From: Macrostomum lignano
Lineage: Eukaryota
Assembly (NCBI GenBank): GCA_002269645.1
Contig: NIVC01003687.1
Coordinates: 1-64,000 of the forward strand
DNA: 64,000 nucleotides
Direction: 5' to 3'
Each line of letters starts with the position of its first letter. Position 1 is the first letter of the stretch. Under the pieces are notes generated by a model that did not search any database, was not told where the DNA came from, and was given only the letters and a program-made list of their open reading frames with translations. Positions 49,101-61,500 of this stretch are shown piece by piece. Made by a program: the position numbers and the translations under genes.

Positions 49101-51770
49101 GAGATCGCGAAGGCCGTAGGACAGCGCAGCGTCAGCGTCCAGGATGCGCTCGCCAGGCCGGCTGTGGCGCCAGTAGTCCAGGTGCTCCCTCTCCATGAAC
49201 TGCATTCGCCGCTCGTGAAAGCTGACCCGGAATACGCTCTGAGGGATTGCCGCGTTATTGGCGAACCGCTCGCTCGCTTTCTCTAATCTCGGGAAATCTC
49301 CCTGTGCAGCAAGCAGCTTCGGTTGTTTCACCTCACTGTTCCACTCAGAAAGTCCCTGCATCACACTGAACTCGCACCAATCTTCACCTCACACCAATCT
49401 CGTATCAACCTCACCTCCGTTTCACCTCAATATCATCTTCACCTCAGCTCCATTTCATCTTCATCTTATCTCAACCAAACCTCAACCTCATCTCGACGCC
49501 TTCTTCATCTTACCTAAACTACATCTCAATCTCTAATCTCTATTTCATCTCACATAAATCTATATCATGATCTATATCATAATTATCTAAATCATACATC
49601 ACATGAATCTATATTTCACCCCACATCAACATTATCTCAATCTCGTCTCAATCTTTTCTCAATCTCATCCCAATCTAATCTCAATCTTCTCTATCTTATC
49701 TATCTCATCTCAATCTCATCTCAATCTCATCTCTAATTCATCCATTTCATCTCAATATCATATAAATCTAAGTATCTCTATCTTTATCTTAATCTTATCT
49801 CTATCTCATTTATTGCATATCAACCTCATCTTACGAGATCGTAATCTTATCTCTATCTGATCTAAATCTCACCCAACCTATATCTCATCTTGATCTTAGC
49901 ACAGTCGCATCTGAATCTCATCTGAATCTCGCTGTGAATCTCACAGCAATCTCAGTATGATATTGATCACAGGTGTCCCCAACTCTCAGTGCCAGCAGGG
50001 CCGGCAGCACACACAGGCCCAAGTTCCCAATTCACTCACCCGGAGCAGCCTGGGCTTCTCCTGCGGTAGCGCGCAGTACGTGAGCTTGACCTCGTAGGCC
50101 TGGCCTGCATTGAAGTGGCGCGCAGACGGGAAACCAAAAAGTAAAAGTCAGCCAACTGTCACTCAGAGCGATCGCAATCTGCCCGCTTTAAAACCAATAA
50201 TCAGTTTTCAATGGTTTAAAAGCGGCTCACTTTAGTGGCCCTGAAAATGGCAGTTGTTTGGAACTGGATAAAATCCCAATTCCGAATGCCGCATTGCTAC
50301 GAAATCCCCAATTCTGAATGGCCGAAAAACGAATTCGGTTTGATTTTGATTTTCTAATCATCAGGCATGTACACTCCGTGCTTTGAGGGTTGGCCCTCTT
50401 TAGGCTGCACAAGCCCTGCACAAGCACAAGCCCTAAATAAAAGTGCCCCCCCCCCCCCGAATGAGCTAAGTCCCGAATTCCATACAGTTCAAGTCCCGAA
50501 TTCCAAACAGTCCAAGTCCCGAATTCCAAACAGTCCAAGTCCCGAAATCTAAACAGTCCCAAGTCCCGAGATCTAAACAGTCCAAGTCCCGAAATCTAAA
50601 CAGTCCAAGTCCAGAGATCTAAACAGTCCAAGTCCAGAGATCTAAACAGTCCAAGTCCCGAAATCTAAACAGTCCAAGTCCAGAGATCTAAACAGTCCAA
50701 GTCCAGAGATCTAAACAATCCAAGTCCCGAAATCTAAACAGTCCAAGTCCCGAATTCCAAACAGACAGTCCAAGTCCCGAAATCTAAACAGTCCAAGTCC
50801 CGAAATCTAAACAGTCCAAGTCCAGAGATCTAAACAGTCCAAGTCCAGAGATCTAAACAGTCCAAGTCCAGAGATCTAAACAATCCAAGTCCCGAAATCT
50901 AAACAGTCCAAGTTCCGAATCGAGAACATTCCAAGTCCCGAAATCTAAACAGTCCAAGTTCCGAATCGAGAACATTCCAAGTCCCGAAATCTAAACAGTC
51001 CCAAGTCCCCAAATCTAAACAGTCCCAAGTCCCGAAATCTAAACAGTCCCAAGTCCCGAAATCTAAACAGTCTCAAGTCCCGAAATCTAAACAGTCCAAG
51101 TCCCGAAATCTAAACAGTCTCAAGTCCCAAAATCCAAACAGTCCCAAGTCCAGAGATCCAAACAGTCCAAGTCCCGAAATCTAAACAGTCCCAAGTCCCG
51201 AAATCTAGACAGCCTCAAGTCCCAAAATCTAAACAGTCCAAGTCCCGAATTCTAAATAGTCCCAAGTCCCGAATTCTATACAGTCTAAGTCCCAAAATCC
51301 AAACAATCCAAGTTCCGAAATCCAAACAGCCCGAGTCCCGAAATCCAAACAGCCCGAGTCCCAAACCCCGTCAAAGACACGGAAGCGAACCCGCGCCCAC
51401 ACCGGTCGCGCTCACCCTGGTTCAAGTAGGTCAGCGGCTCCTCGTTAATCCGTACAGCGGGCGACGTGCCGGCAGACAGGGAGAACTTCAACCGCTCGCC
51501 TCCAGCCGGCGGATCCCGACTGGCCGCTGCCGAGAGGTCGGCCTGCCCCAGAGAGCCGAGGCCGAGCTGCCGCTCCAACAGGGAGTAGCTGGGCGAGCCG
51601 CTGGCAGCGCCAGTTGGCAGAGCTCTGCTGCCACAATCGGGAGAAGCCGGTCCGATGTTGAAGCTGGCGGAGGACAGGTCCAGGCTGCTGAACCCGGTCA
51701 AGGAGCAGTCGAGGTGGCTCGCCAAGCCCCGATCAACCAGCTCGTCTACAGGCCAACCGTTGGCATTCAT
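43145..51770 (-). CDS. TFCP2: TFCP2/UBP1/LSF (CP2 family) transcription factor, 7 exons, about 577 aa
   Basis: Exons 51770-51416, 50104-50040, 49238-49042, 46326-45961, 45569-45115, 43894-43752, 43297-43145. [69 protein letters not shown] and a SAM-like domain ([11 protein letters not shown]...GEGIRLANA) indicate the LSF rather than the grainyhead subfamily. The exon 3/4 junction is the least certain. Confidence 0.93.
43365..43635. repeat. 20-bp array in TFCP2 intron 6
   Basis: Unit TTGGCAGTTGGATAAGTAGA. Confidence 0.95.
43935..44155. repeat. 21-23-bp array in TFCP2 intron 5
   Basis: Unit GGAGTCTCAGGCAGTGTGTGACT. Confidence 0.9.
44575..45105. repeat. 15-bp G-rich array in TFCP2 intron 5
   Basis: Unit GGCGGAGGGGAGTCA. 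Confidence 0.9.
45595..45945. repeat. 20-bp array in TFCP2 intron 4
   Basis: Unit TTGGTAGTTGGATGGGTAGA. Confidence 0.93.
46530..49000. repeat. Two related 20-21-bp arrays in TFCP2 intron 3
   Basis: CCCTGAAACACACGACTGGAC (46530-47690) and CACTGAAACACACAACAGACC(C) (47765-49000) share a TGAAACACAC core. Confidence 0.96.
50480..51360. repeat. 23-bp array in TFCP2 intron 1
   Basis: Unit AAACAGTCCAAGTCCCGAAATCT. Confidence 0.93.
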
Positions 51771-51962
51771 TGTTTGAGCCAATTCAAAACAATCTTTGTC
51801 AATTATTGTAGAAAGTCCCGTCTGCCTCCGACTCTGTGCAGCAAGAGAACCGAGCGAGCAAGTCGCGGTGCAGAGCAAATCTGAATTGAGGAAAAAATCG
51901 CGTCTTAAAACGGGGCTGGCGCTTTCTGGCGCAGCGCTGCGCACTTAAATACTGGCAGCGGC

Positions 51963-51992
51963 CTTATCTGGCTTATCTGGCAATCCTTATCA
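51963..51992 (-). promoter_or_regulatory. Cluster of three GATA motifs upstream of TFCP2
   Basis: AGATAAG x2 and TGATAAG within 30 bp, about 200 bp 5' of the ATG. Motif match only. Confidence 0.3.
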
Positions 51993-54831
51993 GCTAATGC
52001 TGATTGAATTTAGCAACAACACGAGCTGAGCTCTGGCACCGCAGTGTGGGCTAAGCCGCTAAGATTCAGTTTTCCTACAAGACTGTTTTTTTAACTAAAT
52101 GGCCGGCAGATAACATCAACTGACAACTAAAGCGCTGGAATTCCATGTTGCTCCCGTCCCTCCCCTCTCTAACTCTCCCCAATGTTAAAGTTACGAAAAA
52201 ATTCTTTAAAGACATGAACTGAGGTTAAAAAAAAACATTTTTAAGAACAATTGTTTAGGACGACTTAAGAGCAGATACTCGCCAATATTGGGACAAATTT
52301 CTAGAAGTCTGCCTTGACTCAATGCACCTACGAGTATGTGGACTGCGAGATCAAAGATCCCTTAGGAGAATAGGACCGCCTAAAGTGGTATGTAGGAGTA
52401 GAAAGTGAAGTTTACTTCCTGTTTAAGTGCAGTTGCAACTTTCACAGTGCTGCCCATGATAAATTTGAACTCAGAATTCAGAATTCAGAATTTTACTAAA
52501 AACCTTACTGCAGAGGATAAGTATTTTACCTAATCACTCAAGAAGATGGAGATGTAATGAAAATACTAGTAAAATTTATCAAAGACATAGCACAAGCTAG
52601 AATACAAATGCCCTGAGCCCTCACAAAAAGCTTGAATACTCAAGAATGTTTTTGAAAAAAAATTATTTACTATCTCTTTGTATTCACTTTTTTGCTATAT
52701 TAATTAGTTTGCCTCAAATAATATCATGAAAGTCAATACCCTCAGCATTTAATAATAATGTTCACTAGGTTCCTCATGCCACAGGCTTTTTGAAACATTG
52801 GGTATTGAAATAATTATGCATAAATTATTACCCTATTATCATAGGTCTAAAAAAATAACAAAGGGTGCTTTATAAATTATTGAGAAGTTTTATGAAATAT
52901 TGATTTGCTTTTTACTTGAGCTATTCAAATAAATACTTAATTGACAAAAATGAACATAAATTGCCAAGTTGCTTTCTATTAAAAAGTTGTTTTTTTCTAT
53001 CTTTATGAGAAACAAAGCAGAAACCACAAGATCTCTAAATATATTAATTGATTTTAGCTCTTTCAATATTTGCAAAATTTTTAAATATATTTCATAGTGA
53101 ATTCATAGTCAATTATAGTCATTATAGAACTATTATTAATATTATATCAAGATAAATAGCCTAAATACTCATATATTAAAGAAACATAGAATAGGACTAA
53201 AAGCTTATATTAAATGTTATAAATTGAATTTTATAAACTTTTATTGATTTGATTGATCTTATATACATCATTTATCTTTTAACTAGGCCTAACCAATTTT
53301 TCTATGATTCTATACTTTTAATAACTATAAGAAATAAAGTTAAAAAGCATTTAAAATATCATCATCACAAAAGTAACAACATTATAATTATAAATATATT
53401 TATAGTTTTATATTGATTAATAATGATTACAAACCTAAATTAAATATAGAATTTATTAGGCATTGAATTGTAGAAATTTAAACCTTTTAAAAATTTCTAT
53501 TTCTAATATAGTTATAATAATATATAACTACTTATAAAATTCATAGCTATGTGGATATCCCAATTTAGATATTTAAACAAATATTTGAAAGGGACCACTT
53601 ATAAATTCTAAAAAAAATATCTAATATATAGACAATTATTAATGCTTATTATTGCTTAATGCTTAATGCTTTTTTAGACTAATGATTTAGACTAATATAT
53701 ATAACCTCCTAAATTTAATTGGTTAGTATACCAGTTTTCTTTAAAAGTGCAATATATTTATATCTATATAAGGAGTTTTTTGCAACATGGCTTTATTCTC
53801 GCTATAGTATAGTTATATAAAAAGCCTTTTTTCAATAACTTCTCTTATGTTTTTTGTATTTTTGCTTTGTTTATTCAGTTTTCTACTTTTTTGTTTTTCA
53901 CTTCATTCCTTTGGCTTTATAACTTTTTAAGGCTTGATTGATTGATTGGTATTGCAATAAATTTGCTTTGAATAGTGTGACAATAATCCCATATAATACT
54001 AGGATGGGGCTAGTAAAAACTGACCTTTATTTAGTATCTTTACCATTTGATTTAGTCAATAAAAGGAAAGCCCAAATATCAACAAAAATTTCAGATCTCT
54101 GTATTATTGTCCTTAGATTATTCAATATATTTCATATTCCAAGATTTTCCTGACTATATATATGGTAACCCTATCTACATGTTGATTGTTGAGTATTTAC
54201 TATTTTTAATAAAAACAGTTTTAGTAGCAAATAATTAAAGTATTCTAAAAGTTAGCACAAAAACTTTGAACTAATAGAAATCTGTCCTTTTTATGAAATA
54301 AGCACTAGCTTATATTTATAATTATAAAATATAAGCCCTACATACATTAGCCAGGCCATGGCCTGGCCTAGAGTAGAGGTTTATTTCAGAAGAATTGAAG
54401 CTGTTTTGTTTAAATTAGTTAAACTAGAAAGCTATACCAAGTGAAAATGTTTTCATTATTTTTGTTTTGTCTAAATCCTATCCTGCTAGCATAGAGTGGA
54501 CTTATTAGTTTTTTTCTGGTTTTACGTCTTTTTTTCGAAAAAAATATGTGAGTTCTTGGAAAAAGGTGCATTTAAAATGTTACCATTTCTAATATATAAC
54601 CTGTTTCTTTGAAAAAATATCTTAGCGAACATTTATAAAAACTAGTTAAGCATAGTAAAATATCCTTTGCTGCATTATCAGAATTATTCTTTTAGTCAGG
54701 CTTTGCTTTGTTCAAATGATTACTTTGACTAGTTACAAGAATCATTTGAATTCGAAATACACGAAACTAATTTATCGTTGACCCCAGAAAAGAATCTCTT
54801 CGATGCCGTATTTGCGAGTTATGCTATAAAC

Positions 54832-57572
54832 ATGCCAGCAACAAATCTGAGCAGGGACGTAGTTAAGTGGCTTCAGAGTTTAGACTTGTCGTGGCAAGTT
54901 AAGAATCCTAAATGGTACGTTCTTTTAGTCATGTGTTGTTTGTTTCGTTTCGTAGTAATATTTAAAGAAAGTTTTTACGCATTTACTTTTACACCGGACA
55001 TCTTTTGATTTGTTTCAGGGATTTTTCGAACGGCTACCTCGTGGCTGAAATACTGTACTGGTATTTCTCAAGCGAAATAACAATGCATTCATTTTATAAT
55101 GGAAAGTCAATTGAAACGAAACTAAAAAACTGGCACTTACTGAAAGAGTGCTTCAAAAGGCACGAATTCAACATTCCTGAAGAAATAATCGAGGGAACGA
55201 TTCATTGCAAGGAGGATGCCGCAGTTGCTTTGGTTAATCAGTTGTACGAAACTCTGACTCGCAGAAGGTAGTACAGCAGGCTTTAATACACTTAAATAAC
55301 GATTTTGGTTTTACAATAACTTGCATGTACGTAATGTAAAAATTCCTTCTGCAGTCCGCAGACTTTTGGCAAGCCCACTTTCGACGACTCTCGCTATCAG
55401 CAAACACTAGAGCCCATCGCCAGGTCGAACGCCGTGAAGGCGTTGAAGAACAACATCAGTGTTACCGAGCTCAAAGTACAGCAGGATATTCTGACGAACC
55501 AACAGAAGGTAATCGTAGAAAGGCTAGAAGCTAGAATATGATTCTCCATAGACTAGACCTAGAATATGATTCTCCCTAGACTAGAAAGCTAGAATATGAT
55601 TCTCCGTAGACTAGAAAGCTAGAACATGATTCTCCCTAGACTAGAAAGCTAGAATATGATTCTCCCTAGACTAGAAAGCTAGAATATGATTCTCCGTAGA
55701 CTAGAAAGCTAGAATATGATTCTCCATAGACTAGAAAGCTAGAATATGATTCTCCCTAGACTAGACCTAGAATATGATTCTCCCTAGACTAGAAAGCTAG
55801 AATATGATTCTCCCTAGACTAGAAAGCTAGAATATGATTCTCCGTAGACTAGAAAGCTAGAATATGATTCTCCCTAGACTAGAAAGCTAGAATATGATTC
55901 TCCATAGACTAGACCTAGAATATGATTCTCCCTAGACTAGAAAGCTAGAATATGATTCTCCGTAGACTAGAAAGCTAGAATATGATTCTCCCTAGACTAG
56001 AAAGCTAGAATATGATTCTCCCTAGACTAGAAAGCTAGAATATGATTCTCCGTAGACTAGAAAGCTAGAATATGATTCTCCCTAGACTAGAAAGCTAGAA
56101 TATGATTCTCCCTAGACTAGAAAGCTAGAATATGATTCTCCCTAGACTAGAAAGCTAGAATATGATTCTCCCTAGACTAGAAAGCTAGAATATGATTCTC
56201 CGTAGACTAGAAAGCTAGAATATGATTCTCCCTAGACTAGAAAGCTAGAATATGATTCTCCCTAGACTAGAAAGCTAGAATATGATTCTCCCTAGACTAG
56301 AAAGCTAGAATATGATTCTCCGTAGACTAGAAAGCTAGAATATGATTCTCCCTAGACTAGAAAGCTAGAATATGATTCTCCGTAGACTAGAAAGCTAGAA
56401 TATGATTCTCCGTAGACTAGAAAGCTAGAATATGATTCTCCCTAGACTAGAAAGCTAGAATATGATTCTCCATAGACTAAACCTATATGATTCTCCATAT
56501 ACCAGAGCTATATGATTCTCCATAGACTAAACCTATATGATTCTCCATAGACTAGACCTATATGATTCTCCATATACCAGAGCTATATGATTCTCCATAT
56601 ACCAGAGCTATATGATTCTGCATAGTCTAAACCTATATAATTCTACATAGATCAGACCAAGAATGATTCTCCATAGACTAGACCTAGAATGGTTTCCCAT
56701 AGACTAGACCTAGAATAGGATTCTTCATAGACTAAGACAATTCTCCATAGACTAGACCTAGAATGGTTTCCCATAGACTAGACCTAGAATAGGATTCTTC
56801 ATAGACTAAGACAATTCTCGATAGACTAAATGTACATGTAAAACAGAATCGAATAGAATTACACCTAGCGGCCATCGCACCTCAACCATTAAAAGTTCTG
56901 TATCCATGTCCAGTGACCTTATATTTGCCCCCAATCAAAATACATGTAAGCCACAAAGCTCAAAAAACCGCTCAAAACCCGCGCCAACGCCAACCCGCAG
57001 GCGCAGGCAATTCTGCACCAGCACGTGGAGAATCGGGCCAACGAGAGGCTGGAACAGCCGGGCCGGTTCGGCATCAAAATGAGCCCCGGCCAGCGCTGCC
57101 TGCGCAAGCACCCCGGCCCCAACTACCAGGAGGAGCCGGTCGCGGCAGCGGACCTCGGCGGATTCGTTCGAGCAGACGAGAGCCGAGGTAACTGCGCACT
57201 GCATTGGCTCAGATAAAGGTTTTAGAGCAGATGAGCAACCCGCCCTCCCAGAACATGTCAATCAATTTGAGTGGTTATGATGAATTGCCAAATTTTGCTT
57301 TTCAAACCAACAACTGGGTATTGGCTGCCGAAATTTATCATGTGACACCGAAATGAATGTGTGCATGCTTAGGGTTCAGTGGGAGGGGCCTGACTGCTGG
57401 CTTTGCGCCCACAGCCCCCTGCAAACTGGCTAGGGAATCCAGCCCGACACTGATGAAGCTAATTAATCCCATTGCAGCTCCGGCCGCAGCGCAAGAGGTC
57501 CGTGACGATTCGATGATCCGTGAGCTGCACGTGAGGCAGCAGCCAAAGTACGTGAACCCCGCCAATGCCTAG
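54832..57572 (+). CDS. SPATA4: Spermatogenesis-associated protein 4 (CH-like domain, ciliary), 5 exons, 276 aa
   Basis: Exons 54832-54914, 55019-55267, 55355-55508, 57001-57187, 57415-57572. LSRDVVKWLQSLDL, DFSNGYLVAEI, TKLKNW, GTIHCK, YQQTLEPIARS..KALKNNI match SPATA4 as recalled. Confidence 0.9.
55520..56830. repeat. 30-bp array (degenerating 3') in SPATA4 intron 3
   Basis: Unit CTAGAAAGCTAGAATATGATTCTCCCTAGA. Confidence 0.95.
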
Positions 57573-57959
57573 CCTAGATATTCGCTAAGTTACTCTTTAT
57601 TAACATGCAGGCTATGTACCAACAGAGACATGTCCTAAACTCTCTTTGACAAAGCTATGACTCAAAATTTAAATCTTATTTTGCTACAAAGCCTATTTGT
57701 AAGTTGTAACCCTGATGCCACAGATTGTCGTGTCGCTTTTGTGTGAATAGAATTATGACTTCAAATACTCGAAATAAACTTGAGAAACCGCAACCGAAAT
57801 AGGATTCACTCTTTTACACTACACATGGAATCGTTTCTTTTTGTTGCGTTCAACACTAACCCCTTCAAGGCAGCGTGAAGTACTCATACATCAAGTACAT
57901 CAAGTACTCTTATACTCATCGCGAGTCCTCAGCTATGAGGTCTCTGGGTGGCCGCGAGT

Positions 57960-58290
57960 TCGGTTCCAGTCCGAGAATCTGGGAGTCCTCGATAAGAGTC
58001 CCCGGATAGACATAGGACTGTTTCCAGTCCAAGAATCTGGGAGTCCTCGATAAGAGTCCCCGGATAGACACAGAACTGTTTCCAGTCCAAGAATTTGGGA
58101 GTCCTCGATAAGAGTCCACGAATAGACACAGGACTGTTTCCAGTCCAAGAATCTGGGAGTCCTCGATAAGAGTCCCCGGATAGACACAGAACTGTTTCCA
58201 GTCCAAGAATCTGGGAGTCCTCGATAAGAGTCCCCGGATAGACACAGAACTGTCTCCAGTCCAAGAATCTGGGAGTCCCCGGTAAGATTT
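57960..58290. repeat. 58-bp tandem repeat between the convergent SPATA4 and VPS52 3' ends
   Basis: Period 58, about 5.5 copies, starting CCAGTCCAAGAATCTGGGAG. Confidence 0.92.
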
Positions 58291-58586
58291 TCGGATCGAC
58301 GCTGCAGCTCTTTTTTCAGTCCAGAGTTATTCAGAGGTCCGTGCACCGCGCCAGTTAAAAGCATTATTGAACCCGTATACATTGAACCGGTGGAACCCAG
58401 TACACCAGAAAATGATCAGCTCAAAAATCGGTGCAAAATATTTAAATAAAATCATAATTTTCAATCTCATATTTCATATGGCTATATATATTAATGAGGC
58501 TAACCAGAGATGCGGAATGCGCTGGAGTCATGAATCAAATTGAGAACAATAACAAAAACACAGCAGTCCAGTCAGGCACAATCAGA

Positions 58587-61500
58587 CTAGAAAGTCGGTT
58601 TCAGCTTCTTCACCTCCACCATGATGTTGTGAATGTTGATGAGCTCGTTACGGCAGGCCATGGACCGGAACGGAGGCTGGGCCATGAGCTTGCCAAGGCG
58701 GGTGTAGTACTGCACCAGCTGGCTGAGTGCGGTCTGGCAACAGCGAGTTGGGGGGGGGGGGAGAGATGAGATCAGCCGTGTTAGGCTGCGGATTTATTAC
58801 AACAATTTCCCAGCGCCCCAACTAAACATTTCGAAAGGGGTCGATTTCACGGGCGCAAAATTTTCAAATTGTCGAAGAAAGTGAGCTTTATTAAGCTCGA
58901 AACTTCTCAAGCTCGAAACTTCACAAGCTCGAAACTTCACAAGCTCGAAACTTCTCAAGCTCGAAACTTCTCAAGCTCGAAACTTCTCAAGCTCGAAACT
59001 TCTCAAGCTCGAAACTTCTCAAGCTCGAAACTTCTCAAGCTCGAAACTTCACAAGCTCGAAACTTCTCAAGCTCGAGACATCAGAAAGTCGAAACTCCAT
59101 AAGCTGGAAACTTCATAGGCTCAAAACTGACTAGCATGTGAAATTTCGAGCTGATAAAACTGCTGCCCCCCCCTTTGAGATGCAGGGGTGCCTAAGTTGG
59201 GGTGCCTAAGAAGTAACTTCTTTTTACACGTGACGCACCAAAACAACAGTAGTTGTTTCTTTGCTGATTCACACACTGGACAAGGGTAGATTTGTTCTTA
59301 ACTTCAACAAACGCTTACCTGGAAGACCTCGGTGAAGTTCCTGAGGTTGGTGAAGGACGCCATGATCTGCTGGTTCATCCGCTCGCTGTTCGCCTTCCAG
59401 TTGGCGTTGAAGTCGCGCACCACCTGAGCTACGCGGGCCTCGTCGGCCAGGTGGCCGGTTACGCCGCGCTCCAGGCCGCTCTCGGCGTCGCGGACGAAGT
59501 TGACGAGCAGGCCGAACTCCTGGCAGAGCAGCTCCTCAACGAACTCGGCCACCCGACGGGCCAGCGGCTCGCGGAAGCCGAGCCAGCCGGCCAGGGCGGC
59601 CTCGTCCGGCAGGGCCTCGGACAGCACGGTCAGGGGGATGTCGTAGTTGTTGATCAGGCAGATCAGGCGCTCCGCGAGTGCGGGAACTCCCTGGCCAGAC
59701 GCTGCAGGAAGGCGTCGACAGCGTCGCGTAGTTCGCCGAGCAGCGGTCGAAGCCGGGAGGCCTCCTCGCCGCTGGCCAGGACAGGTGGAGCGGCGGCGGG
59801 GGCGGCTGCGGAGGCGGCGGCGGGGGCAGCGCCGGTGGCTCCGCTGCCCAGGTCGGTGACGCTGAGCAGGGCGCAGATGAATTCTGCGTAGCGGCGCAGC
59901 ACGGGGTGCGGCCGGGTGTCCAGGTGGCTGAACTTGGACGGATCACTGCGGGCCACGCTGAGGGTGTGGCTCTGCACCAGCTGGGTGAACCTGGGCCATA
60001 TCAGGTCCGACATCAGAGTCCAGTAGCTGGGCAGGAGTGGAGGTGGTATATGCTTGAAAGGCTCATTCAGGATTCACTAAGGGCGGCCGTAGCCCGGTGG
60101 TCTGGCGCGGCGCTCTGAAGTGCCAGCGGCCCAGGCTCGATTCTACATGCAGTCAAATCAATTTGGAGCTAAATTGGAATCTCGGCTTGGCTCTGCTCGT
60201 GCAATTAATGGCCTTGAGGGCCAACTACCAAGGCACAGTGAAGTGTACATGTCTAACGATAAATAAAGTTATAGAGCCGCTGTACTCTCTTGCGGAATGG
60301 GCAGTAATGCCTCTCGCCGGGTTGTGTAGGGCTCACTATGCATGAGGTCACTCCAGAGCTTAAAAGAGGTCATTCTGGGTTCACAAAATCAATCGAGAAA
60401 TGATTGCAGCCCACCTGTCCAGCGCGGGCACCTGCCGCCGGTGCATGATGGCTTTGAACTTGGCCACCACCTGGATGCACAGGTACAGAGCGATAGCGTC
60501 GTGACAGTCGGAGAAGTAGGCCTCCAGGGCCTTGTGAAACAGGCTGAGGGTCTTGCCCATGACCAGGTTGAACATGTTGAGCGCCTGGTTGCCGGACAGC
60601 ACGAAGAAGTCGCAGAGGAAGAGATACTCGCGACAGCTGTTGTCTAGCAGGGCGTAGTGCAGTGAGCGAAACAGCGACTCGAATGTGAACTTCTGGTCCG
60701 AGGCCTGCGAAAGAGATAGCGGTGCGCGGTAGTCTACTTCAAGTAGAATAGATGGGGTAACAGTTGCTCATTTTGACAATGCGCCGATTAACATACCCTA
60801 TAGGTAAGAGAGTAAAAAACGAAAACATGAGATCGCTTGCTAGAATTTGATAGATTGACCAGCAGATTAAAGTCTATTATCAGCATATTGGCAAGGCGGA
60901 TGAAATAATTGACCGATATATAAGCAGATGGATGTGCAGATTGGCAGAGATCGATAAGCGAATAGGCAGATTGGCAGATAGATGAGCAAATTGCCAGATA
61001 GATGAATAGAATGGCAAATAGATTAGCAGATTGGCAGATAGATAAGCAGATTGACAAATAGATTAGCAGATTGGCAGATAGATGAGTGACTTGGCAGATA
61101 GATAAGCAGAATGGTAGATACATGAGCTAATTGGCAGATAGATGAGTAGAATGACAGCTAGATTAGCAGATCGGCGGATAAATGAGCAGCTTGGCAGATA
61201 GATGAGCAGCTTGGCAGATAGATGAGTGACTTGACAGATAGATGAGTGACTTGGCAGATAGATGAGTGACTTGGCAGATAGATGAGTGACTTGGCAGATA
61301 GATGAGCAGATTAGCAGATAGATGAGCAGAATGGAAGATACATGAGCGAATTGGCAGATAGATGAGCAGATTAGCAGAGAGATGAGCAGAATGGAAGATA
61401 CATGAGCGAATTGGCAGATAGATGAGCAGGCTATAAATAAGTGTCACACCTGCGCCGCATGCGGAATAATAATCGGCGCCTCCAGATCGGCGCCCACAAC

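Noticed and set aside
59663-59665. In-frame TGA in VPS52 as selenocysteine/readthrough or a programmed frameshift
   Set aside because: Homology continues in a different frame before the TGA and there is no slippery heptamer; a simple 1-nt indel explains it.
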